In this document: positions 26,106 to 35,721 of the stretch, piece by piece
Layout: each line of letters starts with the position of its first letter
Position numbering within the stretch: position 1 is the stretch's first letter
IMG/VR virus record: IMGVR_UViG_3300034349_000001
Span: 1 to 41,463 of that record
DNA from: a virus
Lineage: Duplodnaviria; Caudoviricetes
DNA: 41,463 nucleotides
Strand: one strand, 5' to 3'
Made by a program: the position numbers and the translations under genes
The notes under the pieces: generated by a model
The model's input: the letters and a program-made list of their open reading frames with translations, nothing else
Told to the model about the DNA's origin: nothing
The model's database searches: none

Positions 26106-28142
26106 TTATGCGTAGCGGTGGTAACAGGTCACGGAGTCAGCAGAAGCGCCATCCGCGTTAATGAGTTTGCCCATACGGACGTAGGAGCCAGCCATGGTGT
26201 AGCCAGCGAAGTAGACCCCGCTTGCGCAGGTGCCAGTCACGTTGCTACCAGCCACGCCTTCGTTCCACTCGACACCAGAGTTGTTGTGAGCCAGAGCCAT
26301 TACGGTTGCGCCCATCGAGTTGATACGGAACTGGGCACACGCCGAACTGACACGACCAGCATCACCAGCCCATGCGTAGCCACGGTCGTTCGCGGTGTTG
26401 TACATCCAAGTGGATGCCCAGCCGCCTCCCCATACGCCACCGAAGATGTTGCCGTCCGGCGAGATGAGCATGTAGGTCCCAGCAGGGTTGCCCCAGCAGA
26501 GTTGACCGGCAGCGTTCATAAAGAGCCGCTGTACGACTACTGAGCCCCAGTGGAAGGCGAAGCCCGGTGCGTTGTAAGGATGCAGAGGGGAAGGACCACC
26601 AGCGCCAACGAGGCCGTTCTCACGGATCTCAATGCCGCCCAGATAGACTTGGTTACCAGCGGAGTAGTTGATGTACGCGCCACCAGCGATAGCCGAGTAG
26701 CCACCGTTCGAGGTCAAGCCACCAGTGTTGGACAGCTTGGTGTTCGGGTCGAAGTCAGCACGAGACCACGTTTTGAAGCCGTTGTTGTAGCAGCCACCAG
26801 TGCCGTTGATCGTACCGGGTGACTCAATGGCCCCCGAGAAGGCGACTTGAGTGCCGTTACGCTTCAGGGTCATCAGAGGACCACCGACACCGCCAGTACC
26901 GCCCCAGTGAAGGACAGCAGCGTGTGTGCCATCGACATACGAAAGGGTCCCGAGGGACAGTGATTCGTCCACACCAGCGACCTTCAAGTTGCTCTTAATG
27001 ATCGGCACGTACTCGCTCGCAGTGTTCAGCACTTGGGCCTTCACGAAGAAAGGAGCCTCAGTGGTGTGCTGGGTGGCGAACGCTTTGGACTCGGTGTGTG
27101 CGCTTGCCTCGAACTTCGGAGCGAACATCTTGCCGAGAGCCTTAATGAACCCCTTAAAGGTCACCGACCAGTTGCCAGCGCCAGTCACGGAGGAGTCCAT
27201 GTTCTCAGCGAGGCCGTTCATGTTGCCCAAGGCATCAGCCTCAGCAGCAGCACGATCAGCTTCAGTGGTTGCACGGTTCGCCTCAGTGGCCGCGAGGGAC
27301 ACTTGGGATTGCGCATCGACTACCTTCTGGGCAGCCTGAGTTGCCGAAGTGGCAGAGGCAGTGGCAGAGGCAGCGGACTTACGGGAATAGTGCCAGCTCG
27401 AAAAGAGGCCGGGAGTTACCGCCACGTCTTCAGTCTTGGAAGCCCACTCTTGGGAGCGGACATTGGAAGTCTCGGAGTTGGTCGCAGAGACCCCAGCGGT
27501 ATTCTTGTGGGTGATCGTTGTGGCCAGAGCGGTCTCAGCGCCAGTCCTTGCGACCACAGCAGCAGCACGCGCAGCATCACTCGCCACGTTAGAAGCCTGA
27601 GAGGCAGCAGCGGACGACTGAGAGGCAGCAGCGGATTGCGCAGAGAGGGTCGCTTGGTTCAGCGCAGAGCCTGCCCATTGCTGGTTCATTCGCAGGTTGA
27701 CAGCATCGCCGGGGTTTACCGGGTCAGCCAAGTTCACGATCCGCTTAGCACGAGCATCGAGTTGCCCTTCGTTGTTCACGCCGATGGTGTCAGCGGTCAA
27801 GTCACGGGCTTCCTCGGCGATATGCAGGGATTGCACTTGCGAGGTGTTGAGGTCGAACGCACGGAGAATGGAGCCATCCGCGAAGTCCACCAGACGGTCA
27901 GAGGCCGAGGTGTTGCGACGGATCTCAATGAGGTCGAAGTTCTGACCCGGACCCCACGCCAGAGTGGTCGTGATGGTGGTCGGAGTCGAGAAGCGGAAGT
28001 CAGTGTTGAGTACGAGGTCTTGCCGAGTAGCACCGATCAAGGTGACCGCCACGAACTTACGAGCGAGATACTCGAAGGGGATCGTAAAGTCCTTGAGGGA
28101 ACCATTCAGGGTGTACGTCCTGATAGTCTTTGGGGTGGCCAT
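26106..28142 (-). CDS. gp17: Tail fibre protein
   Basis: T7 gp17 N-terminal domain (FTIPFEYLARKFV, RLVDFADGSILRA), Ala/Ser-rich stalk, Gly/aromatic-rich tip. Confidence 0.95.
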   Translation of the reverse strand: MATPKTIRTYTLNGSLKDFTIPFEYLARKFVAVTLIGATRQDLVLNTDFRFSTPTTITTTLAWGPGQNFDLIEIRRNTSASDRLVDFADGSILRAFDLNTSQVQSLHIAEEARDLTADTIGVNNEGQLDARAKRIVNLADPVNPGDAVNLRMNQQWAGSALNQATLSAQSAAASQSSAAASQASNVASDAARAAAVVARTGAETALATTITHKNTAGVSATNSETSNVRSQEWASKTEDVAVTPGLFSSWHYSRKSAASATASATSATQAAQKVVDAQSQVSLAATEANRATTEADRAAAEADALGNMNGLAENMDSSVTGAGNWSVTFKGFIKALGKMFAPKFEASAHTESKAFATQHTTEAPFFVKAQVLNTASEYVPIIKSNLKVAGVDESLSLGTLSYVDGTHAAVLHWGGTGGVGGPLMTLKRNGTQVAFSGAIESPGTINGTGGCYNNGFKTWSRADFDPNTKLSNTGGLTSNGGYSAIAGGAYINYSAGNQVYLGGIEIRENGLVGAGGPSPLHPYNAPGFAFHWGSVVVQRLFMNAAGQLCWGNPAGTYMLISPDGNIFGGVWGGGWASTWMYNTANDRGYAWAGDAGRVSSACAQFRINSMGATVMALAHNNSGVEWNEGVAGSNVTGTCASGVYFAGYTMAGSYVRMGKLINADGASADSVTCYHRYA

Positions 28143-28162
28143 GAGGTCTCCTTTTGGTTGAC

Positions 28163-28187
28163 AAAGAAAAGGCCCCGTGAGGAGCCT
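28163..28187 (-). terminator. Terminator-like hairpin between phi17 and the tail fibre RBS
   Basis: AGGCTCC-TCAC-GGGGCCT-TTTCTTT. Confidence 0.6.
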
Positions 28188-28191
28188 GTTA

Positions 28192-28214
28192 GGTAGCCAT
28201 AGTGAGGGGTTTTA
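28192..28214 (-). promoter_or_regulatory. Phage RNAP late promoter (phi17-like)
   Basis: TAAAACCCCTCACTATGGCTACC. Confidence 0.87.
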
Positions 28215-31200
28215 GCGGGCCGGTTGACCACGCTTGCCGTATTCCATACCGGCTTCCTGCATGATGGCGTTGAGAGCCCTTTGCGACACTGGGTCGTTCG
28301 GGATGAGGCCACGGAGGCCGTTGTACAGAGAGGACTTGTATTGCTGGTCCATGGAGCGACCTTCCTCACGGAAGACCCCAGCGGTGCCAGAGCCCACTTG
28401 GTAGATCGACCCGAGAACTCCGAGGCCAGGAACCTGCTCCATGAACTTCGAGAGCGGATCTTGGATACCCGAGGAACGCAGAGGCGAGTACTTCACGGCA
28501 CGGTTGCGCTCGGTGTATGCAGGGCCACGAGGCAGGACCGAAGTCCGCACAGCAGCAGCAGCATCGAAGCCCATTGGTGCCAGCGCGAAGTTGGCCACAC
28601 CGAGTGGTGACCCGATGTGAGAGCTACGGGAAGCAGCGGCATACGCGATCATGTTTGGTTCCAGCGCACGAGCGAGGAAGTCACGGCGTTCTTCCTTCGG
28701 CAGGCCCTGAGCTTGAACGTAGCGTTGAGCCACATAGAAGGACGAGGCGAGAGCGAGGGAGATACCGACTTGGTACGCTTGGTCGATGGCTTGGCCATTC
28801 TTGGTCGAGTTGTAGATGCCACGGATCAGACGACCATTCACAGAACGGAACACGAAGTTCTTAAACTGCATGGCCAGCTTCAGGTAGGCGCTCTGGGCAA
28901 TGGAGTCTTGGTTGGACAGCTTGTGAGGACGGAGGACCGTCTCATCAGCCACCTTGTCACCGAGACGCCAGATGTCCATGACACGAGGGTCGGCTTGGAG
29001 CTTCGCCCGGTCACGCACCTTGTAGCCACCTTTAGGGTCCTTCACTAAGTGTTCCTTGAGCGCGTTCGTCATGTCACCGAACTGAGCCTTGGTGATCGAC
29101 ATCGCGTGCAGACGGTCCTCGTGGAAAAGCTTCGAGGGCTTCCCAGAGAGGGAGTGGTTAACGAGGTCCATGAGGGCACCTTGGCGACCAGCGTCCATGA
29201 TGTAGTTCGAGGTCTCAGTGAGCAGCTTGGTGAACGGTGAACGAGCCGAGGCTTCGCCAGTGAGGAACTTGGTGGTGCCGATAGCCTGAGCCACGACCTT
29301 GCCACTGCCTTGCGCACGGAGGCGCTCAACGATGTCAGCACGGCGAGGGCGAATCAGGTCATCCAGCTCACGGCCAAAGATGATGGCGTGCATCTCCTTC
29401 AACTGGTGTGGCTTGATCTTGGAGCCCCATGTGGTCATCTCACGAAGGTATGGAACGCCCTTCATCAGCATCCGGGTGTGGCCCTTGGCGATCAACCCAG
29501 CGACCTCAGTGAGGTTCTGGACGCCCATGTAGGCGTTCTTTGTGACGAATGCTACGTCAGTCAGGGAGCGGGCGAAGGTGGCCAGAGCGGTATCTGGATG
29601 AGCCCGACGAGAACGCCCGGTCAGCATCTTGATGGACTCTTGTAGAGCCTCGATCTCCATCTTGTTCTTAGCGGTCCCCTTAACGGCGAGGATGGCATCC
29701 TTGAGAGCCTTGGTGTCCTTGCCGGTGGCAGCCATGATCCCGATGTCACCATTGATCCTACGGTTGTACGAGGAGGTGATCTGAGGGATGTCAAAGGTGC
29801 GCAGGTCGTTCACAGAGAAGGTGGTGCCATCGCTCAACTGGACAGCTACGTCCGAGTCAAAGAGGTGACGGCCTTCGAGGAAGTTGTTGGCATCCTGCCC
29901 GACCAGACCTTCGAGGTTATCGTCGATCAGCGAGGAGCGGTGGAACTCGTTGGAGTGGCTGATACCCATCGCCTTGTTACGGGCGTAGGTTTGGACAGCT
30001 TCCTTGATGGCTTCTGGTGTTGCGTCCTTGCCTTCCTTCTCCAGCATGTCCTTGAGCATCTTGTCGATGCGAGTCTTCACAGCAGCACGGCTCAGGTAGC
30101 TTGACATCCAGCTCTCAGCGATTGCCTTCTGCAAGCCCTCAGCACCACCGAAGCGTTGCAGTTGGAGCAGCTTGGCACCGTCATCATAGATGTTCGGGAT
30201 GTACCGACCAGAGTGACGGGTCTGAGGCATGATGCTCACAGCGTCGATGTTGCCAAACTGAGCGGGGTTCTCCAGCACGTCTTCTTTACGGACGTAGTGG
30301 TCCTCGACGACCTTGGCGTACTTCTTCTCGGCCTCGGAAAGCTTGGCCATCTTGGCCCCGGTTGGGTCCTCAATAGCTTCAGCGATACGACGATCCACAG
30401 TCTCACGGTGCGCTTGACGGCCACCGGGCAGGGTCTTCACCGAGACATCTCGCATGGCCTCTTGTTGGGCCTCGACGATGGCGTTGAGAGCCACGTTGTC
30501 TTGGCCACGTTCCCGCTCAATAACGTCAGAGGCGACAGCCCCGAACTTACCGTTGGAACCCGACTCACCGCCCACAGGGGAACGGACGAGGTGACCAGCG
30601 ATGCCACGGATGCCTTCGTCTTCGGAGCGGTTCAGGAGCAGGCCGATCTCAGTGAGACCACCGAACTTGAAGCCAGCAGCCGAACGCTCAGGTTCCAGCT
30701 CAGCGATCTTCTTAATCATCTTGGGGTTCAGCGGGTTGGCAGCGCTCAGGATTGAACCATCACGCAGACGCACCGCACCGGGTTCCGATGGGTGATCCAT
30801 GTACTCAACCCCAAAGGCTTCGTCAGGAGTCTCATCGGTTCTCCAAGGCATCACGGTAGGATCATCAGCGCCTTGTTGACGGGCTTGCTCACGAGCCTGC
30901 AAGCGGATGCTTGGACCCATGAACTCGTTCGGCTCAGAGGCTTCTTGGTGGCGCGCAAGGATGCCCTCAACGGTATCGTCGGAGACTTCCATACGGCCTT
31001 CCTGAGTGTGGGATCTCTCACCGTGCATCCCAAGGATTTTCTCAAGGTACTCATCGTCCATCTCATCGTCAGCCTTCTGAGCGCGGGCAGATGCCAGCAT
31101 GTCCTCATCGACTGCGACGTTACGGGATGGCAGGGCAGACTCACCGTGCATGGCCAGTACTTTCTCAAGCTGGTCATCAGGCATGTCTTCACGTCCAGGC

Positions 31201-32414
31201 TTAACGAGTGACTTAGCGATCCACTTGTCGAGGACAGCAGCCATGGTCCCACCGATTGCAGCACCGCCAATGGCAGCCCCGAGGTAGTGACCCTCGATCC
31301 CGGTGGTGGCTTCCTTGACGCCCTCATAGGCCACAGCCATCGACCCAGAGAACCCAGCTTGTGCAGCCACACGGCCTCCAAAGGAGCGCAGAGCGGTGCC
31401 CGGTACTGGGACGTAGGTCAGTGGGTCCATGGCAGCGGAAACGCCACCAGCAGCCAGTTGGCCAGCCCAGCCAGCATTGCGCATGTCTTGGTCGGCCTGC
31501 ATGTTCTCCTTGGCCAAAGCGATGGCCTCAGGGAGCTTCGACTTGTCATAGCGGGTGTAGTCGCCAATGAAGCCGAAGAACTGAGGATCGACACCTTCAG
31601 CGCGGATCTTGTCGTAGGTCTCACGGGACCACTCTTGGCTATCGGAGTGATCGTTCATCCACTCGCTCGGATCGAAGTCCTCAACGGTGATGTTGCGAGC
31701 GATCTGCCCCGGAAGCGAGGTGGCCAGAGCGGCCTTCATGGCCTCGGAGGAGTTGTACCAAGCTTCCTTCTCAGGGTTCTGGCGCAGCTCCATCTCACGG
31801 AATCCTTCCTTGGTCGAGGTGTCAACATCCTGTCCACCGATTGCCATCGAAGCGCGCTCACCGATTGCGCCTCGTTCTACAGTTGGTTCCGCTGTGATCC
31901 CCTTGTGGCTCTCAAAGAACTCAGCGGTTTGCTTTGGGGCGTTGGGACCCTCGAACCATTTACGGCTCGGGGAATCACCAGCCACTTCCAGAAGGTTGGC
32001 CATGTACTGGCGACCCTCAGGGGCGATCTTAGTGAAGTCACCGGAATCCAGAGCGGCCAGTTGAGGAGCGCCCAGTCGGCCATTCCCTTGGTTGTACGCA
32101 AGGGCAGCCTTGAGGTAGTCCCCTTTGTAGGTCTTCAGGAGGTCCGCAGTGAGTTTCGCAGAGGCCCCGATGGACTTGGCAGGGTCGAAGAAGTCCTCGT
32201 CTGTAACGAGCCCGTAGGCTTTCCCAGTGGCACGGGTGAACTGACCCAGACCACGAGGCCCCGTAGGGCTCTTGGCGGTAGGGTTGAAGGACGACTCGTT
32301 GTAGATCTTTTTGTGCAGGTAGTCGTAGTTGACACCGTTGGCATCAGCCGCTTCACGGATCATCCCGTCATACGGTGTGCCTTGTGCTTTCACGTCAGCG
32401 TAAGTCTTGGACAT
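28212..32414 (-). CDS. gp16: Internal virion protein D with N-terminal lytic transglycosylase
   Basis: 1400 aa; ESSFNP, GLGQF and AYNQG transglycosylase motifs. Confidence 0.96.
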   Translation of the reverse strand: MSKTYADVKAQGTPYDGMIREAADANGVNYDYLHKKIYNESSFNPTAKSPTGPRGLGQFTRATGKAYGLVTDEDFFDPAKSIGASAKLTADLLKTYKGDYLKAALAYNQGNGRLGAPQLAALDSGDFTKIAPEGRQYMANLLEVAGDSPSRKWFEGPNAPKQTAEFFESHKGITAEPTVERGAIGERASMAIGGQDVDTSTKEGFREMELRQNPEKEAWYNSSEAMKAALATSLPGQIARNITVEDFDPSEWMNDHSDSQEWSRETYDKIRAEGVDPQFFGFIGDYTRYDKSKLPEAIALAKENMQADQDMRNAGWAGQLAAGGVSAAMDPLTYVPVPGTALRSFGGRVAAQAGFSGSMAVAYEGVKEATTGIEGHYLGAAIGGAAIGGTMAAVLDKWIAKSLVKPGREDMPDDQLEKVLAMHGESALPSRNVAVDEDMLASARAQKADDEMDDEYLEKILGMHGERSHTQEGRMEVSDDTVEGILARHQEASEPNEFMGPSIRLQAREQARQQGADDPTVMPWRTDETPDEAFGVEYMDHPSEPGAVRLRDGSILSAANPLNPKMIKKIAELEPERSAAGFKFGGLTEIGLLLNRSEDEGIRGIAGHLVRSPVGGESGSNGKFGAVASDVIERERGQDNVALNAIVEAQQEAMRDVSVKTLPGGRQAHRETVDRRIAEAIEDPTGAKMAKLSEAEKKYAKVVEDHYVRKEDVLENPAQFGNIDAVSIMPQTRHSGRYIPNIYDDGAKLLQLQRFGGAEGLQKAIAESWMSSYLSRAAVKTRIDKMLKDMLEKEGKDATPEAIKEAVQTYARNKAMGISHSNEFHRSSLIDDNLEGLVGQDANNFLEGRHLFDSDVAVQLSDGTTFSVNDLRTFDIPQITSSYNRRINGDIGIMAATGKDTKALKDAILAVKGTAKNKMEIEALQESIKMLTGRSRRAHPDTALATFARSLTDVAFVTKNAYMGVQNLTEVAGLIAKGHTRMLMKGVPYLREMTTWGSKIKPHQLKEMHAIIFGRELDDLIRPRRADIVERLRAQGSGKVVAQAIGTTKFLTGEASARSPFTKLLTETSNYIMDAGRQGALMDLVNHSLSGKPSKLFHEDRLHAMSITKAQFGDMTNALKEHLVKDPKGGYKVRDRAKLQADPRVMDIWRLGDKVADETVLRPHKLSNQDSIAQSAYLKLAMQFKNFVFRSVNGRLIRGIYNSTKNGQAIDQAYQVGISLALASSFYVAQRYVQAQGLPKEERRDFLARALEPNMIAYAAASRSSHIGSPLGVANFALAPMGFDAAAAVRTSVLPRGPAYTERNRAVKYSPLRSSGIQDPLSKFMEQVPGLGVLGSIYQVGSGTAGVFREEGRSMDQQYKSSLYNGLRGLIPNDPVSQRALNAIMQEAGMEYGKRGQPAR

Positions 32415-32431
32415 TGGTTCCTCCTAAGTGG

Positions 32432-34639
32432 TTAAAGAGGGCCTTTGCCCCCTCGAATAAAGTCTTTGTACAGCCCTTGGTTGCGCTGGGCTGTACCGAC
32501 TGCATCAGTCATGGCTTGCTCAGTGGCAGCACGACGACGAGCCTGATAGATCAGTTGCATGGATTGCTGGGTCAGCTTGATGCGCTGGCCAGTCAACGAG
32601 GTGATGGTGATGTCGCCTGCCTTGGTCTTTTCGATCTTGACAGGGGACTCAGCCCAGTACGGGCTCGCAGCCTTGATACCGGCCACGGTCTCATCGACGA
32701 TCTGCTTGCCTTGTTCCCACGAGTTTGCGTCGTTAGGGTCGGCCATCAGGTCCTTCTTATTGAGCATCCCACGGTAGCCTTCTTGGCCCTCATCATCGTC
32801 ATCCTTGAATGACACGGTGTTCTTCTCCAGCCAGCCCGAGAGCATCTTTGAGGCGTCCGATGCGTCACCAGTACCAGCCAAGAAGCCGTCATACAGGGAA
32901 CGCGCCATGGTCTCCATGTCGTTCGGGATCGCAGACAACTGAGGGTTCTTCGAGTCACGCTTCAAGGCATCCCATTGGATGTCCCGATTCTTGCGTTCCT
33001 CAGGGCTCAGTTGGGCGTTCTTACGGTCGGCCTCAATGAGGACCATTGGGTTAATCCCCGAGTTGCTCATCTGGTTCATCTTTTCAATGAAGCCAGCCTT
33101 GTCTGGATACAGAGCAGCGATCATTCCCGGTTGCTGGGCGTATACCCGTTGCAACTGAGTGATGGCCTTGAAGTCGCCCTCCTCACCAGAGGTCACTGCG
33201 CCAGTCCACTCTTTGGTGGCATCGTCGATCAGTGTGTTGAATGCTGCCCGAAAAGGACCGCCCTCAAAGTCAGCCGAGATGAGCTTGCCGCGCAGTTGAT
33301 CCTTCTGGTCCTCAGGGATGCCCATGGCGCTGATCTGATTGAGCTTCATGTTGGCGAAGGTTGCCCAGTCGCTTTCCTTGAACTCGCCAGTGTTGGCGTT
33401 GACGGGCATTCCCTTCTTGCTCAGGTCGAGGTACTCACCGTTCATGCGCTTGGAGTAGGACTCATCGAGAGCGAACAGACGGTTGTCCGTTTGCATGGCC
33501 TCTTGGGTGCCCTTGAGGGTTCTCGCGGAGTCATCCTTGAGGCGCTCTTGCAGCTTGATGCGAGCGTTAATCAGGGACTGCTTTTGAGGGGTCATGTCAG
33601 GGGTGTCCTGAAGCCACTGGTTAGCAGCATCCAGTTTGTCCAGCATGTTGGCAGCGACCACCGGATCGTTCTGCATCTCAGCGGTAGCGAGGTCCACTTG
33701 GAACTTCTCGTAGCGAGGACGGTTGCGTTGGTAGGCAGCATCAGACGCCTTGACCAGCAAGTTGTCGTACTTGTCCTGCCCCACGATGTCCTTCACTTTC
33801 TGCTTGATGCCCATGACGGTGACTTCTTGATCCCCGAAGGAACTCAGGAAGGCCGGACCATGATCCTTGTGGACTGCATCAGAGACGGTCAGGTTGAGCG
33901 CTTCGACCATTGAGCTGTCCGTAGGGAAGCCCATCTTGGAAGCCTTGTCCTCGAAGTAGCTGGCCATCTGTTTGCCGGAATCCAGCGAACGCATGAAGCC
34001 GGGATCGTCGAGAAGCCCACCGATGTCGCCACGGGTGTTAATGACCGACTGAGCGATGAACCGCTTGGAGCGGCGCTGCTCGTGCAGGTCAAAGATCCCC
34101 GCGTTCCGTTGAACGATGTCAGCGTTGAAGCCTCGCTGGTACTCAGGGTCAGTTGGGTCGATCCCAGCTTCCTTGGCGTAGCTATCCGAGACCATGCTCA
34201 ATCGAGTTTGGCGGTACTCCTCAAGGTCCTTGCGTTCCTTTTGGTCGAACTCACCAGAGGCGATCTTGGTCTGCATCTCGTTCTCGATCTCGAAGGCAGC
34301 AGAGCGGCCAGTGTCGTGACGGAGAATGTTCATCACATCCGGGTCATCCTGAGCGAGCAGGGTCCCATTGGCGATGGCAGTAGCCCGTTGTTCACGGGTC
34401 ATGGTTCGGATGATCTGGTCAGACTTCGCCTGAGCGTTCTTCCCTTGGTTCTCAGCGTAGGTCCCATAGGCCCCAGCACCAGCCTTGACGAAGTTCATCA
34501 TGGACTCGGTGAAGCCGTTGTTACCTACGTCAGCTCGTTGAGCCGAGGCTTGGAACTGGACGGTCGCAGTCGAACCCTTGAGGCGCTCCTTGCCGCCCAT
34601 CTGGGCCTGATCGAGCGCCCTTGCGATGTCATTAGCCAT
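32432..34639 (-). CDS. gp15: Internal virion protein C
   Basis: 735 aa; NGTLLAQDDP motif and synteny. Confidence 0.92.
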   Translation of the reverse strand: MANDIARALDQAQMGGKERLKGSTATVQFQASAQRADVGNNGFTESMMNFVKAGAGAYGTYAENQGKNAQAKSDQIIRTMTREQRATAIANGTLLAQDDPDVMNILRHDTGRSAAFEIENEMQTKIASGEFDQKERKDLEEYRQTRLSMVSDSYAKEAGIDPTDPEYQRGFNADIVQRNAGIFDLHEQRRSKRFIAQSVINTRGDIGGLLDDPGFMRSLDSGKQMASYFEDKASKMGFPTDSSMVEALNLTVSDAVHKDHGPAFLSSFGDQEVTVMGIKQKVKDIVGQDKYDNLLVKASDAAYQRNRPRYEKFQVDLATAEMQNDPVVAANMLDKLDAANQWLQDTPDMTPQKQSLINARIKLQERLKDDSARTLKGTQEAMQTDNRLFALDESYSKRMNGEYLDLSKKGMPVNANTGEFKESDWATFANMKLNQISAMGIPEDQKDQLRGKLISADFEGGPFRAAFNTLIDDATKEWTGAVTSGEEGDFKAITQLQRVYAQQPGMIAALYPDKAGFIEKMNQMSNSGINPMVLIEADRKNAQLSPEERKNRDIQWDALKRDSKNPQLSAIPNDMETMARSLYDGFLAGTGDASDASKMLSGWLEKNTVSFKDDDDEGQEGYRGMLNKKDLMADPNDANSWEQGKQIVDETVAGIKAASPYWAESPVKIEKTKAGDITITSLTGQRIKLTQQSMQLIYQARRRAATEQAMTDAVGTAQRNQGLYKDFIRGGKGPL

Positions 34640-35216
34640 TCTTTACTCCTCCTTGCGCAGTGCCAGTGGAATCCCCAGTGGACTTAGTGGTTGAACCTCT
34701 CATAGCAGCGCCTTGCTGGTAGCCGTTGGCCCCAGACGAGACGATCCCAAGGGCATGACTCAGACCACTGGTCTTAATCACTTGGGCCTGTCCACGAAGG
34801 GCAGACTTGGTGTTCTCGGTGTTGGCGATCTGGTTCGCAAAGATGGACTGATAGTCCCGCTTGTAGTTGTCGGTGATCGACATCCGTTGCTGGGAAGCTT
34901 CGTTGTCTACCGAGTTGGCGACACGCTTCATGGAATTACCAGACATCATCGACTCACCAATAGCGGTACGGATGGTGCCCTTGTTCTTCAGGGCCTGCAT
35001 GTTGACCTCGGCGAGTTGCGCACGGGCCTCCTCTTGGCGGTCCATGGCAGTCAGTTGCAGGTTGGCGTTGGCCATGTTGGTCTGCTTGACTTGCTCACGC
35101 GCAGTGCGCCGTTGGGCGTCCTCAGCGTTGCCTTCACCTTTGGCCTTATCCTTGGCAGCCATTACCCCACCGACCACAGCCACAGCGGCCATGGCGATGC
35201 TTACTGGTTCACACAT
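34632..35216 (-). CDS. gp14: Internal virion protein B
   Basis: MCEPVSI.. start, AIGESMMSGNSM, RDYQSIF. Confidence 0.92.
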   Translation of the reverse strand: MCEPVSIAMAAVAVVGGVMAAKDKAKGEGNAEDAQRRTAREQVKQTNMANANLQLTAMDRQEEARAQLAEVNMQALKNKGTIRTAIGESMMSGNSMKRVANSVDNEASQQRMSITDNYKRDYQSIFANQIANTENTKSALRGQAQVIKTSGLSHALGIVSSGANGYQQGAAMRGSTTKSTGDSTGTAQGGVKNG

Positions 35217-35225
35217 GGTGACCTC

Positions 35226-35663
35226 CTATAGCCAGAATTGACGGAACCGACATCCGGCTGGACTCATCACATGTTCACGGGCGAAGGACGCACCGAGGGA
35301 GTTGAGGAGACGAATGTGGGAGTGATTGTCCACCGACACGAAGTTGGTGTACTCGAAGTTCTGAGTCCCCTTGAGGGACCCATAGTGTTTCTTGAGGATC
35401 TTGTAGAAGCGGATGCGCTCACCCTTGGTCAGCATGTCCACCACGTTGGTAGTCACGAACCAGATACAGCCCCCATGAGAGCCCCCTACAGCCAGCACTA
35501 AGGCGCCCAGCACAATGGCATGGGTCGTCTCATCGAGGCACTCAGGGATCACGTCACGGGGGTTGCGGTTGGGTATGTGGGAATGGAACTCCTCAAGGTC
35601 GCCCTTGGAGAGGTCATTGGCAGCAGCTTCAAGATGCCATCTCTTTGCTTTAACGATAATCAT
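35226..35663 (-). CDS. gp13: Internal virion protein A
   Basis: Start MIIVKAK downstream of phi13; NFVSVDNHSHIRLLNSLGA..FRQF. Confidence 0.9.
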   Translation of the reverse strand: MIIVKAKRWHLEAAANDLSKGDLEEFHSHIPNRNPRDVIPECLDETTHAIVLGALVLAVGGSHGGCIWFVTTNVVDMLTKGERIRFYKILKKHYGSLKGTQNFEYTNFVSVDNHSHIRLLNSLGASFAREHVMSPAGCRFRQFWL

Positions 35664-35677
35664 GTAAACCCCCATAG

Positions 35678-35700
35678 GGTGGCCATAGTGAGGGGTTTTA
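35678..35700 (-). promoter_or_regulatory. Phage RNAP late promoter (phi13-like)
   Basis: TAAAACCCCTCACTATGGCCACC. Confidence 0.87.
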
Positions 35701-35721
35701 GTCCCCACCATGGCGCACCAG

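Noticed and set aside
27230-27660. Ala/Ser/Thr-rich low-complexity stretch in the fibre
   Set aside because: Ordinary coiled-coil stalk.
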